Notes: a model not told the origin generated them from the letters alone. 64,000 bases of DNA from an uncultured Desulfobacter sp. (GCA_963666145.1 OY762614.1:2969617-3033616), one strand, 5' to 3'; positions 37,915 to 47,565 are shown, counted from the stretch's first letter. Numbers and translations are program-made.

Positions 37915-39474
37915 TTAATCAAGATTGCGATGCAACATTGCCAGTGCTTTTCTGGCAGCATCTTGTTCAGCCGCTTTTTTGGTTTTTCCGGTACCCGTTG
38001 TGGTAATCGTATCCAGGTTCAGGCAGATTTCAAATGTTTTGTCATGGTCCGGACCCTTTTCCTGGGCAAGGGTGTAATATGGGGTTTTGCCAAAATGTTC
38101 CTGGGTAAATTCCTGGAGGCCGCTTTTGTAGTCTATAAAATCAGATGAGGCCAGAACTTGGTGTACGGGTTCGTCAAAAATGCGGTTCACCATGGTTTGA
38201 GCCCTGTCAAATCCGGCATCCAAGTATACCGCAGCCACCACGGCCTCAAAGGCATCTGACAGAATCGAATTTTTGTCACTGCCGCCCGAAAGCGCTTCGC
38301 CCTTTCCGAGTTTGATAAACCGCCCTAAATCAATGCTGCGTGCAATGTGCGCAAGGCCTGTTTCACTGACAAGATTCGAGCGCAGCCTGGAAAGATCGCC
38401 CTCATTTTTCATGGGATCTTTTTCCATGAGCAGATGCCCTACGCAGAGGCCTAAAACCGCATCGCCCAGGAACTCAAGACGTTCATTGTCTGAATCACAG
38501 GTGTTCTGATTTTCATTCAGATAGGAACGGTGGCACAGGGCGTTAAATAAAAAGGTCCGAGATTTAAACCGGTAATCAATATGTTGTTCCAGCAGATCCA
38601 AACGGGGATTTGCCTGGGCTTCCTGCAGTCGGTCACTTAATGCTTTGAAAACGGACATCGGTACATTCAGATCGCCTCTGCCACGGCCAAGATCCACACC
38701 TTTGTTAAATATGCCGTGAAAGTCGGTGCCCCCTGTTGCCACCAAACCTTTGCTGTTCACTATGTCAGACAGATGTTTTCTAAAGGCTGAATCATGTCCG
38801 GCATAGTAAACTTCAATGCCTGCAAGCCCGTCTTTGACCAGCATATTAACAAAGGTGTCCAGGTCATTGGGGTGCTGAAAATCAATAATCCCGGGATGGG
38901 CCAGGACCGGTAGGCCTCCTGCGTCAAGAATCAACCGGATAGCCTCTTTGCAGGATATTTTAAATTTTTCAACGTAGGCGGGTTTATTTTTGCCCAGGTA
39001 AAGGTCAAAGGCTTTGCGGAAATCAGATACGTAGCCTTTTTCCACGAGCAGTTCGGCAATATGGGGACGACCTGTCTGGCGGGCGCCAAAACGGTTTTTT
39101 ACCTCATCCAGGGTAATGTCAAATCCCAGATCATTGAGCTTTTCAATGATCCGGGGATTTCGGTTGGCCCTGGCCTCCGCCGCACATGACAAGGCATTAT
39201 TCAAACCACAGTCATAAACAGAGAATCCATATCCAAGCATATGAATGCTGCCCAGGGATTTGAATTCAGGCGGGGGTTCACAGGAAATCTCGACGCCGGT
39301 TATAAATTCAACCGGGTATGAATGAACGATATCTTTTATTTCCAGAATTCCGGCAATGGTATCGTGGTCAGTCAGTGCAACTGCCTCAATGCCGATATCT
39401 CTGGCCAAGTCAAGAATCTGTCTGGGCGTCAGGGAGCCGTCCGAGGCAGTGGAATGTGTGTGAAGATCAATCAA
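37915..39474 (-). CDS. rnc: PHP-domain (YciV/RNase AM-like) fused to ribonuclease III
   Basis: N-terminal DLHTHS, TDHDT, GVEIS, HMLGY, LAHP, GIEVY, GGTDFHG; C-terminal ALCHRSY, ERLEFLGDAVL, DAFEAVVAAVYLD and dsRBD (YKSGLQE...GPDHDKTF...KKAAEQDAA). Confidence 0.93.
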   Translation of the reverse strand: MIDLHTHSTASDGSLTPRQILDLARDIGIEAVALTDHDTIAGILEIKDIVHSYPVEFITGVEISCEPPPEFKSLGSIHMLGYGFSVYDCGLNNALSCAAEARANRNPRIIEKLNDLGFDITLDEVKNRFGARQTGRPHIAELLVEKGYVSDFRKAFDLYLGKNKPAYVEKFKISCKEAIRLILDAGGLPVLAHPGIIDFQHPNDLDTFVNMLVKDGLAGIEVYYAGHDSAFRKHLSDIVNSKGLVATGGTDFHGIFNKGVDLGRGRGDLNVPMSVFKALSDRLQEAQANPRLDLLEQHIDYRFKSRTFLFNALCHRSYLNENQNTCDSDNERLEFLGDAVLGLCVGHLLMEKDPMKNEGDLSRLRSNLVSETGLAHIARSIDLGRFIKLGKGEALSGGSDKNSILSDAFEAVVAAVYLDAGFDRAQTMVNRIFDEPVHQVLASSDFIDYKSGLQEFTQEHFGKTPYYTLAQEKGPDHDKTFEICLNLDTITTTGTGKTKKAAEQDAARKALAMLHRNLD

Positions 39475-39502
39475 AACCTGCTGTAAAGCCTATGAAGGAC
39501 AA

Positions 39503-39865
39503 TTAAATTCCCAGAGCCTTCTCCATACTTTCTTCTCGGGTTTTGCACTTGATGCATTGGGTTGTCACCGGCCGGGCCTTGAGTCTGGCGATGGAAATAT
39601 CTTCTTCGCAGGTTTCACAATGGCCAAAGGTGCCGTTTTCAATGCGTTCCAATGCGTTCTTAATTTTTTTGATTAATTTGTGTTCTCGGTCCCGGATGCG
39701 CAGTTCAAAACTTCTGTCCGCCTCATGGGAGGCCCGGTCCGTGGGGTCTGCAAAATTCTCTTTGGGCTGGGTCATGCCTGTGACGGTTGTGTCGGCATGG
39801 GAAAGCAACTCATTGAGCCGTTCAGTCAACAACGCTTTAAAAAATTCCAGATCTTCTTGTTTCAT
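39503..39865 (-). CDS. dksA: RNA polymerase-binding protein DksA
   Basis: DPTDRA coiled-coil tip; CETC...ARL.ARP....CIKC zinc finger. Confidence 0.95.
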   Translation of the reverse strand: MKQEDLEFFKALLTERLNELLSHADTTVTGMTQPKENFADPTDRASHEADRSFELRIRDREHKLIKKIKNALERIENGTFGHCETCEEDISIARLKARPVTTQCIKCKTREESMEKALGI

Positions 39866-39992
39866 AGTGTTGTCCTTCTCTTAAAGTAGATATTGCGCGA
39901 CACTAAAAAGTTCATTATTATATTTCTGTAAGTTATTACTGTAAAGCTTTTTTGTCAATATTCGGGTATTTGTTTATTGTGCCTGATCGAAA

Positions 39993-41006
39993 TCAGCAGA
40001 TTCTGGGCAACTGTTCGCCGGTCAGCATATCCACAATCCGGGTGCCGCCGATAATCGTCTCCAGAATCACCCTGCCCGGGTCCTGATCGGTAATTTCTCC
40101 AACAATCACAGCGTCTTTTCCGAACTCATCCCGGCGAATTATATCCAGCACCTGATCGGCATACGCTTCGGGTACAATGGCGATCAGCTTACCTTCATTG
40201 GCCAGGTACAGGGGGTCAAAACCCAAAAGCTCGCAAATGCCCTGTACCGGTCCGCGCACAGGCAGACGATCTTCAAAAAGCCGGATGCCCACCGATGACT
40301 GGACGGCAATTTCGTTAAGCGTGGTTCCAAGCCCGCCACGGGTGGGGTCCCGCAGCACATGGACCTGGCAGCCTGATTCAAGCACCGCTTTGACCATATG
40401 ATTTAAGGGCGCGGAATCGCTTTTAACATCAGAATCAAATTTCAGTCCTTCGCGTTCGCTCAAAATGGTGACCCCGTGATCGGCAATGGTTCCTGAAACA
40501 ATGACTTTGTCGCCGGGTCGCGCCTCGCTTCCCGATACATTGACGCCTTCGGGCATAAGACCTATCCCGGAGGTGTTGATGAATATCTTGTCAACCTTTC
40601 CCCGGGGCACCACCTTGGTATCTCCGGTAACGATCCGTACCCCGGCTTTTTTGGCGGCGGCGGCCATGGATTGAAGAATCTGTTTAAGATCGGTCACTTT
40701 CATGCCTTCTTCAATGATAAGTCCCACAGATATGTACAGGGGGGTTGCCCCGCACATGGCCACATCATTGACGGTTCCGTTCACGGCAAGCTCGCCGATA
40801 TTTCCGCCGGGAAAGAAAATGGGGTCCACGGTATAAGAATCCGTTGAAAATGCCATCCGGCCTGCAGGCACGTCAAAAACAGCACCGTCATCTTGTTTTG
40901 CCAATAGTCCGTTGTCGAACAAAGGCAAAATCATTTCCGAAAACATGGTGTGGGACACCTTGCCCCCGGCACCGTGATCCAGAAGAATTGTATCATTATC
41001 GTTCAT
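39993..41006 (-). CDS. hypE: Hydrogenase maturation protein HypE
   Basis: HGAGG, STDSYTVDPIFFPGG, RDPTRGG, C-terminal LPRIC. Confidence 0.98.
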   Translation of the reverse strand: MNDNDTILLDHGAGGKVSHTMFSEMILPLFDNGLLAKQDDGAVFDVPAGRMAFSTDSYTVDPIFFPGGNIGELAVNGTVNDVAMCGATPLYISVGLIIEEGMKVTDLKQILQSMAAAAKKAGVRIVTGDTKVVPRGKVDKIFINTSGIGLMPEGVNVSGSEARPGDKVIVSGTIADHGVTILSEREGLKFDSDVKSDSAPLNHMVKAVLESGCQVHVLRDPTRGGLGTTLNEIAVQSSVGIRLFEDRLPVRGPVQGICELLGFDPLYLANEGKLIAIVPEAYADQVLDIIRRDEFGKDAVIVGEITDQDPGRVILETIIGGTRIVDMLTGEQLPRIC

Positions 41007-41026
41007 TGTGTTATCCTTGTATTTTA

Positions 41027-42112
41027 TCAGCTATATTTATAGAAAGCGGCGCAGGCCCCTTCGCTGGAAACCATGCAGGGACCCACCGGATGCATGGGGG
41101 CGCAGGCTTTTTTGTATAGTCGGCACTGGTCCGGGCGCTTGAGTCCCATTAAAATGCGGCCGCAGTCGCATCCGGCAGGCTCGGGGGTATCCGGAACCGA
41201 CATGTCAAATTTTTTGGCCGCGTCAAATTCATCGAACGATTCTTTGAGCACCATGCCTGAATCGGGAATATTGCCAATCCCCCGCCAGATGGCATCGGCC
41301 TTTTTAAACACCTGATCCATGATTTCCCGGGCTTTGGGGTTGCCGGCATCTGCCACGGCACGGGGATAGGCGTTAACCAGTTCAGGCTTATTTGATTCAT
41401 TCTGTTCGACCAGTTTAAGCACCGCCTTGAGAATGTCCACGGGCTCAAATCCTGTAACCACCGCCGGAATCCGGTATTTTTCAAAGGTCGGGGCAAAGGC
41501 GCCGAGTCCTGTGATGACTGATACGTGACCGGGCAGAATAAATCCGTCGATCTCCACGCCATCGGTTTCCATGAGCGCGGCCAACGCAGGCGGCGTTAGT
41601 TTGTTTGCCGTATAAATGCTGAAATTCTTCAATCCTTGAGCCTTGGCCGTTAACACCGCCCCGGCAATGGTGGGGATGGTGGTCTCAAATCCCACTGCGC
41701 AAAACACCACCTCTTTATCCGGGTTTTCCTTGGCAACTGCCAGGGCATCGAAAATGGAATATACCATACGAACATCGGCCCCTTTGGCCTTTTCCGCAGA
41801 CAAGCTGGCGCCGGACCCCGGCACCTTCATCAAATCGCCAAAGGTGGTCAAAATTACATCCGGCCTGCGTGCCAGCATTACATAGGCGTCAATATCCTTT
41901 TGAGCCGTCACGCACACCGGACACCCCGGTCCTGACAAAAGGGTGATGGTGTCGGGCAACACAGACCGAATGCCGTAACGAAAAATGGCCATGGTATGGG
42001 TGCCGCACACCTCCATTAACCGCAACGGTCGGGTGCTTTCTTCACGAATCCGGGCCACCAGGGCCTTTGAAATTTCAGGATCTTTAAATTCCTGATTATA
42101 TGTCAAACTCAT
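41027..42112 (-). CDS. hypD: Hydrogenase maturation protein HypD
   Basis: EVCGTHT, GPGCPVC, GFETT, PGHVS, GPCMVSSEGAC. Confidence 0.98.
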   Translation of the reverse strand: MSLTYNQEFKDPEISKALVARIREESTRPLRLMEVCGTHTMAIFRYGIRSVLPDTITLLSGPGCPVCVTAQKDIDAYVMLARRPDVILTTFGDLMKVPGSGASLSAEKAKGADVRMVYSIFDALAVAKENPDKEVVFCAVGFETTIPTIAGAVLTAKAQGLKNFSIYTANKLTPPALAALMETDGVEIDGFILPGHVSVITGLGAFAPTFEKYRIPAVVTGFEPVDILKAVLKLVEQNESNKPELVNAYPRAVADAGNPKAREIMDQVFKKADAIWRGIGNIPDSGMVLKESFDEFDAAKKFDMSVPDTPEPAGCDCGRILMGLKRPDQCRLYKKACAPMHPVGPCMVSSEGACAAFYKYS

Positions 42113-42163
42113 GGATTACCTTTAATGTTTGATGTGGTTAAGCCTGGAGTGGAAAAACGCGGA

Positions 42164-44515
42164 TCACCCCTTGGCTTTTGTTGGTTGTTGCAAGGCAGCC
42201 GCCGCCATGGCCTGACCCAGGGCAATACCTCCGTCCCCGCAGGGAACAATGCTGTGGGTATAGGCCTTTAAGCCCTTTGCTTTAAGCATGTGACTGATCT
42301 GGGAGAAAATCGTATCATTATTAAATACCCCGCCGGAAAGCACAACGCGGTCAAGGCCGGTTTCCTGACTGACCTTTGCGACGGCCTCCGCCATCATACA
42401 AGATAGTGTCAGATGAAACCGGGCTGCAATTTTGCCCAGGGGTACGCCTTTTCTGAGGTCCTCCACCATCTGTCTCACCCCGGAAGCGATGCTTATAATC
42501 CGGCAACCGTCATCCCCTGGTGTGATGTCAAATGCGTAAGCCGTGTTTGCCGATACGTTTGGATCTGCCGCCGCTTCCAGGGCTATGGCGGCCTGGCTGT
42601 CGTAGGAAATTTCATGGCAGATCATTAACAAGGCGGACACAGCATCAAACAGACGGCCTGTGCTGGATGTCAACGGGCTGTTTATCTGCCGGTCCATCAT
42701 CTGAATCAAAAATGCAAGCTTGGATTTGTCCAGAGATCGGACAAAGGGGATATCCAGTTCCATGATTTCTGATCCGAATACCTTGTATAACAGGGCAACC
42801 GCCATGCGCCAGGGCGACGTCACCGCCGCATCCCCGCCCGGCATAGGCAGGTAGTTCAGATGGGCCCGGCGTTCAAACCCCGCATAGGTACAGGTCAGAA
42901 CTTCACCTCCCCAGATATGGCCGTCCGTACCCAGGCCGGTACCGTCCAACGTCAGGGCAAGCACCTCGCCGTCCAGGTTATTTTCCGCCATACACGACAG
43001 GGCGTGGGCATGGTGGTGCTGGACCCCTATGAGGGGCAGTCCTTGCTCTCCAAGCTTTTTTGCAAACTGTGTGGAAAAATATCCCGGGTGAAGGTCGTGG
43101 GCCACACACCCCGGCCGGATATCCAGGATTTTCTGCATATGGGTGATGGTTTCTTGGTAAAAATTCCGGACCTGAATTGATTCAAGATCTCCGATGTGGG
43201 GGCTTAAAAAGGCGTACCTATCCCGGGTCAAACAGATGGTTGATTTCATACCGGCACCGCAGCCAAGGATGTTGGCAAGTTTTTCATCTTTCGGCGGGGT
43301 GATATCCACAGGCAGTGGGGCATACCCCCTGGACCGGCGCAGAAACCGCAATTTTTCCTGCTGGATTCTGGCAATGGAGTCATCGGCTCTGAAGTAGATA
43401 TCCCTGTCGTGGAGCAGAAAATAATCGGCAATATGGGAAAAGGCATCCAGGGCGTCGGCATTGTCAATGGACAGCGGTTCGCCGGACCGGTTTCCCGAAG
43501 TCATGATCAGGATATCAGGGCCTTTGTCCAAGAGCAGATAGTGCAACGGCGTGTAGGGCAGCATGATGCCCAGACACAGATTGCCCGGTGCCAGATTCTC
43601 GGCCAGTCCCATGCCTTCAGATTGGGCAGGATCCTTTTTTTTCAACAATACAATGGGCCGGTGATAGGATAAAAGCAGCTCTTTTTCAGCGGAACCCATG
43701 TGAACATGGTCAAACAGGGGTGAATCCCAGGCCGCCATCAGGGCAAAGGGTTTATGCGGTCGGTTTTTTCTGTGCCGCAGCAGATCCACCGCTGCTGAAT
43801 TGGCCGCATCCACAGCCAGGTGAAACCCGCCAAGCCCCTTGACCGCAACGATTTTTCCCTGCCCGAGCATTCGGGCCGCAATAACTATGGCCTGGACCGG
43901 ATCATTGCCGTCCACCCGTTTGCCCGTATTATCCGTCAAAAACACCTGGGGGCCGCAAACCGGGCAGGCATTGGGCTGGGCATGAAATCGCCGGTTTAAC
44001 GGGTCTTCATACTCCTTGAGGCAGTCCGGGCACATGGTAAAGGATTTCATGGATGTTTTGGGCCGGTCATAGGGAATATCCTGGATAATGGTGTATCTTG
44101 GCCCGCAATTGGTGCAATTAATAAAGGGATATTCAAACCGGCGATCCGCCGGGTCCTGCATCTCTTTGAGGCAATCGGGACACACCCCGACATCCGGGGA
44201 TATCAAGGCGGATCGGATCCGGGCCGCCCGGCTTTTAACGATCGTAAAATCCGTCAGATCCAAAGGGGGCGTATTTGTTGCAACAATCTGTGAAATTTGT
44301 GACAACGGCGGTTTTTTTTCAGGAATGTCCAGGAGAAACGCATCCATATCCGCTGGTGCCCCCTGGACGAAAAGCGCCACACCCGAAGCGGTATTGGAGA
44401 CATGGCCGCAAAGATGATGCCGATGGGCCAACCCAAATAAAAAAGGGCGGAATCCAACACCCTGGACCACCCCTGATATACTAACCTTTTTTGCCGACAG
44501 ACCCGAAGAACCCAT
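42164..44515 (-). CDS. hypF: Carbamoyltransferase HypF
   Basis: GVVQGVGFRP, CTNCGPR, RRFHAQP..CPVCGP, KGLGGFHL, QHHHAH, GDGGIALGQ. Confidence 0.98.
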   Translation of the reverse strand: MGSSGLSAKKVSISGVVQGVGFRPFLFGLAHRHHLCGHVSNTASGVALFVQGAPADMDAFLLDIPEKKPPLSQISQIVATNTPPLDLTDFTIVKSRAARIRSALISPDVGVCPDCLKEMQDPADRRFEYPFINCTNCGPRYTIIQDIPYDRPKTSMKSFTMCPDCLKEYEDPLNRRFHAQPNACPVCGPQVFLTDNTGKRVDGNDPVQAIVIAARMLGQGKIVAVKGLGGFHLAVDAANSAAVDLLRHRKNRPHKPFALMAAWDSPLFDHVHMGSAEKELLLSYHRPIVLLKKKDPAQSEGMGLAENLAPGNLCLGIMLPYTPLHYLLLDKGPDILIMTSGNRSGEPLSIDNADALDAFSHIADYFLLHDRDIYFRADDSIARIQQEKLRFLRRSRGYAPLPVDITPPKDEKLANILGCGAGMKSTICLTRDRYAFLSPHIGDLESIQVRNFYQETITHMQKILDIRPGCVAHDLHPGYFSTQFAKKLGEQGLPLIGVQHHHAHALSCMAENNLDGEVLALTLDGTGLGTDGHIWGGEVLTCTYAGFERRAHLNYLPMPGGDAAVTSPWRMAVALLYKVFGSEIMELDIPFVRSLDKSKLAFLIQMMDRQINSPLTSSTGRLFDAVSALLMICHEISYDSQAAIALEAAADPNVSANTAYAFDITPGDDGCRIISIASGVRQMVEDLRKGVPLGKIAARFHLTLSCMMAEAVAKVSQETGLDRVVLSGGVFNNDTIFSQISHMLKAKGLKAYTHSIVPCGDGGIALGQAMAAAALQQPTKAKG

Positions 44516-44523
44516 TTAAAATG

Positions 44524-44754
44524 TCAGGCCTGGCCGCCACCCAGTTCAAGTATCTTGCGCATGTCTGCAATGGTTTGCAAGGCCGCTTCTTCATCCACCT
44601 TTGAAATGGCAAATCCGGCATGGATAATAACATAATCCCCAATCCCGGCATCTTCGAGGAGCATCAGACTGGCCTCCCGGACCACTCCGTCCACTTCCAC
44701 CTTTGCCAGGGCATCGTTGATTTCAATAATTTTTGAAGGTACAGCTAAACACAT
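44524..44754 (-). CDS. hypC: Hydrogenase chaperone HypC
   Basis: MCLAVP...GDYVIIHAGFAI. Confidence 0.98.
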   Translation of the reverse strand: MCLAVPSKIIEINDALAKVEVDGVVREASLMLLEDAGIGDYVIIHAGFAISKVDEEAALQTIADMRKILELGGGQA

Positions 44755-44996
44755 AGGTTTTAATTTCCATCCTCTTGTTTTTATTTTAAATCATTAAAGC
44801 CAGTATATCATTAAGTCGCCTTGTGAACAAACCCAATTCGTTTTATTTAAGCACGGCGTGTTATGAATATTGCCGACCGGGGGAAGATGAATTTAGAAAT
44901 ATATTCAACACTATCATTATTGCCGTGAAAAGTCTTTAAACTTCAACGGCGCTTTACGCAAAATTTTTAGACGCGGTTTATGCAAAGTCGGGTACG

Positions 44997-45281
44997 CTAC
45001 CAATTGAGAAGTTCGTTTATCTCCTCTTCGGTGAGCAGGTTTGTAAGATCTTGCCTCCGGCGGTCCCCGTTCTTTCTTCGTTCCTGCTTTCTGCGGTCAA
45101 CGCCGAGGCGTGCGTTGGTAATTGAGCGCAACCATTCAAAAAAGGAGCGTCGCTGTTTACTTGAGCTGTTGCGAAAATCATGTCGACGTTCAGCCCCGCA
45201 GCGTCTGTCTTTGTTACTGCGCCGGTTGTGATTGTTTTGGCGCCGGTCATGGGGATATGGGATTTTGGGCGGGCTCGTCAT
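44997..45281 (-). CDS. Small Arg-rich hypothetical protein with [DE]RR repeats and a C-terminal LTEEEINELL motif
   Basis: Patterned, non-random sequence; occupies an otherwise empty gap on the same strand as the hyp genes. Confidence 0.7.
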   Translation of the reverse strand: MTSPPKIPYPHDRRQNNHNRRSNKDRRCGAERRHDFRNSSSKQRRSFFEWLRSITNARLGVDRRKQERRKNGDRRRQDLTNLLTEEEINELLNW

Positions 45282-45491
45282 GTCTCACATTACTCTCTTT
45301 TTTATCTGCCTTTTTCTTATCGGGGCCGGGGCCTTTCCTGGGACAATGTTTTGTAAACCGGCTGCACTATAGTCCCGGCTGATTTTTCCCGAGACTTCAA
45401 TAGGACAGGAATTTACTTTTTGTCAACCCAAATATAAAACACGTCCAGAAGATTGTGATCCCGGCACCATTCTGATATATCCTGATTTATC

Positions 45492-46778
45492 ATGGCATAT
45501 ATTAATAAACAGATGCTCACGGCTGTTGTGGCTGATGAACACGGAAATATTTTTGAATTGGATGGATATGCAGCGGCAGGCATGTCCGGAGATGAGTTTT
45601 TCATTTTGACAAAATCCGGGACCTGTCCCATGCCCCACGGCAGTGAACTGATGATGCTGCCGGACAGAGCCCCCATTGTGTTCAACCTGGTCTCCGACCA
45701 GTTTGAAATTCTTGACACCAATCCGTTTGAGCCTGACCAGCGCATTTATCCGGTTGGGGTGTTCAACTCCCCGGGGTACGTGAATCAGCATTTTTGTGCC
45801 TACGATGACACCGGAATAGAGACGCCCCTGCCCCTGTTTTCCTATGGTGCCGTGGGGTTTGGAAAAAATGATTTCAGATCGGCCGCCCTTCAGGTGGATG
45901 ACGAACCCCGGCAGGATCTGCGGTTGATGCCCATTGACCAGGTTCAAAAAGGGGTCGATAAATTCAGAAAAAAATATCCGGCCAACCGGCTGATGCGCCA
46001 CCTGGAAAAATGTGCCCTGGAGTACGGGTGTCCTGCCGGTAAAAATTTTTTTCTGGGTCGGTATGAAGCCCCCCTGCCGACCTCCGTGGTCTGTAACGCC
46101 CGGTGCCTTGGATGCATTTCCCTTCAAACGGAAAATAATTTGTGCGCCTGCCAGGACAGAATCGCGTTTATCCCCGATCCCGAAGAGATCGCAGGTGTTG
46201 CCCTGGAACATATCCTGAAAGTGGAAAAGGCTGTGGTCAGTTTCGGCCAGGGGTGTGAGGGGGAACCGTTAACCTCGGCGGATGCCATTGAACAGGCCAT
46301 TGTTTTGATTCGGGAAAAAACCGATCAGGGCACCATTAACCTGAACACCAATGCAAGTTTACCCGACCGGGTGGAACGGTTGTGCAACGCAGGGCTCGAC
46401 AGCATGCGCGTGAGTATGAATTCGGTACGCAAGGAATGTTACACCACCTATTTTCGTCCCAGGTCTTATTCTTTTGAAGATGTGGTGGACAGTATAAAAA
46501 GAGCCAGGGCAAAGGGCCGTTTTGTGGCAATCAATTACCTGAACTGCCCGGGTTTTACCGATTGCCAAATGGAAAAGCAGGCGCTTATGGATTTTATCCG
46601 GGAAACGGACATCAACATGATCCAGTGGCGCAATCTTAATTTTGATCCCCGGAACTATATCCGCATCATGGAAAATGCCGCACCCGGCGGTGCCCCCACC
46701 GGCATGGCAAACCTCATAAAAGACCTAAGCCAAGTATTTCCCCATCTCATCCACGGCTATTTCAATCCACCCCGATAA
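45492..46778 (+). CDS. Radical SAM protein of unknown function
   Basis: CNARCLGC, SFGQGCEGEP, NLNTNA, RVSMNS. Confidence 0.9.
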   Translation: MAYINKQMLTAVVADEHGNIFELDGYAAAGMSGDEFFILTKSGTCPMPHGSELMMLPDRAPIVFNLVSDQFEILDTNPFEPDQRIYPVGVFNSPGYVNQHFCAYDDTGIETPLPLFSYGAVGFGKNDFRSAALQVDDEPRQDLRLMPIDQVQKGVDKFRKKYPANRLMRHLEKCALEYGCPAGKNFFLGRYEAPLPTSVVCNARCLGCISLQTENNLCACQDRIAFIPDPEEIAGVALEHILKVEKAVVSFGQGCEGEPLTSADAIEQAIVLIREKTDQGTINLNTNASLPDRVERLCNAGLDSMRVSMNSVRKECYTTYFRPRSYSFEDVVDSIKRARAKGRFVAINYLNCPGFTDCQMEKQALMDFIRETDINMIQWRNLNFDPRNYIRIMENAAPGGAPTGMANLIKDLSQVFPHLIHGYFNPPR

Positions 46779-46860
46779 TATTATTGAAAAACCTTGCTCG
46801 ATTTGATTTAATCCATAGTTTATTATTGAACGGTAGTTAACTTGTTAAGGAAAGGGCAGC

Positions 46861-47544
46861 ATGTTACCCGATATCAGCGGCATCATTATAATAGCCGGTA
46901 ATTACGGCAGCGGCAAAAGTGAGACGGCTGTTAACCTGGCAGCCGTGTCCCGGCGTGCGGGGAAAAGTGTCAAGATAACGGATCTGGATCTGGTCAACCC
47001 CTATTTCAGAAGCCGGGACGCCCAAAAGCCCCTGGAGGAGCTGGGTGTGGAAGTGGTCTTGCCCGACAAAAAATACATGCATGCGGACCTGCCGATTCTA
47101 ACCCCGGGCGTGGCCGGCATGATTAGAAATCCGGCCCAGGTGACCATTTTGGATGCCGGCGGCGATGATGCCGGCGTAAGGGTGCTTGCGGCCCTGGCTG
47201 ACGTGCTTGAAAAAGGTGCCGTCAAATTGCTCCAGGTGATCAATCCCTTGCGTCCCGAAACCTGCGATGTTCAAGGTTGTCTTAGAATCAAGGCCAAAAT
47301 TGAAGCTGCCGCAAAATTGCCCGTCGCAGGCTTGATTTCCAATGCCAATCTCCTTGACGAAACCACCGTGGAAATTATCTATGACGGCTACAATCTGGTG
47401 CGCCGGGTATCCGAAGCCACCGGCCTTAATATTGAATTTATAACAGCGTCCACCAGGCTTTTGCCCCAACTTGAAACGGAACGGATCACCTGCCCCATCC
47501 TGCCCATTGACCGGTTGCTGGCACCGCCCTGGACACGCACTTAA
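46861..47544 (+). CDS. P-loop NTPase (CobQ/MinD/ParA-like) preceding the oxidoreductase operon
   Basis: GNYGSGKSE, DLDLVNPYFRSR, DAGGDD, INPLRP. Confidence 0.85.
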   Translation: MLPDISGIIIIAGNYGSGKSETAVNLAAVSRRAGKSVKITDLDLVNPYFRSRDAQKPLEELGVEVVLPDKKYMHADLPILTPGVAGMIRNPAQVTILDAGGDDAGVRVLAALADVLEKGAVKLLQVINPLRPETCDVQGCLRIKAKIEAAAKLPVAGLISNANLLDETTVEIIYDGYNLVRRVSEATGLNIEFITASTRLLPQLETERITCPILPIDRLLAPPWTRT

Positions 47545-47565
47545 CACCAAGGAGTACTACGTACA

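Noticed and set aside
39993-44754. hypCFDE without hydrogenase structural genes or hypAB
   Set aside because: Split hyp clusters are common in sulfate reducers, so this is not unusual.
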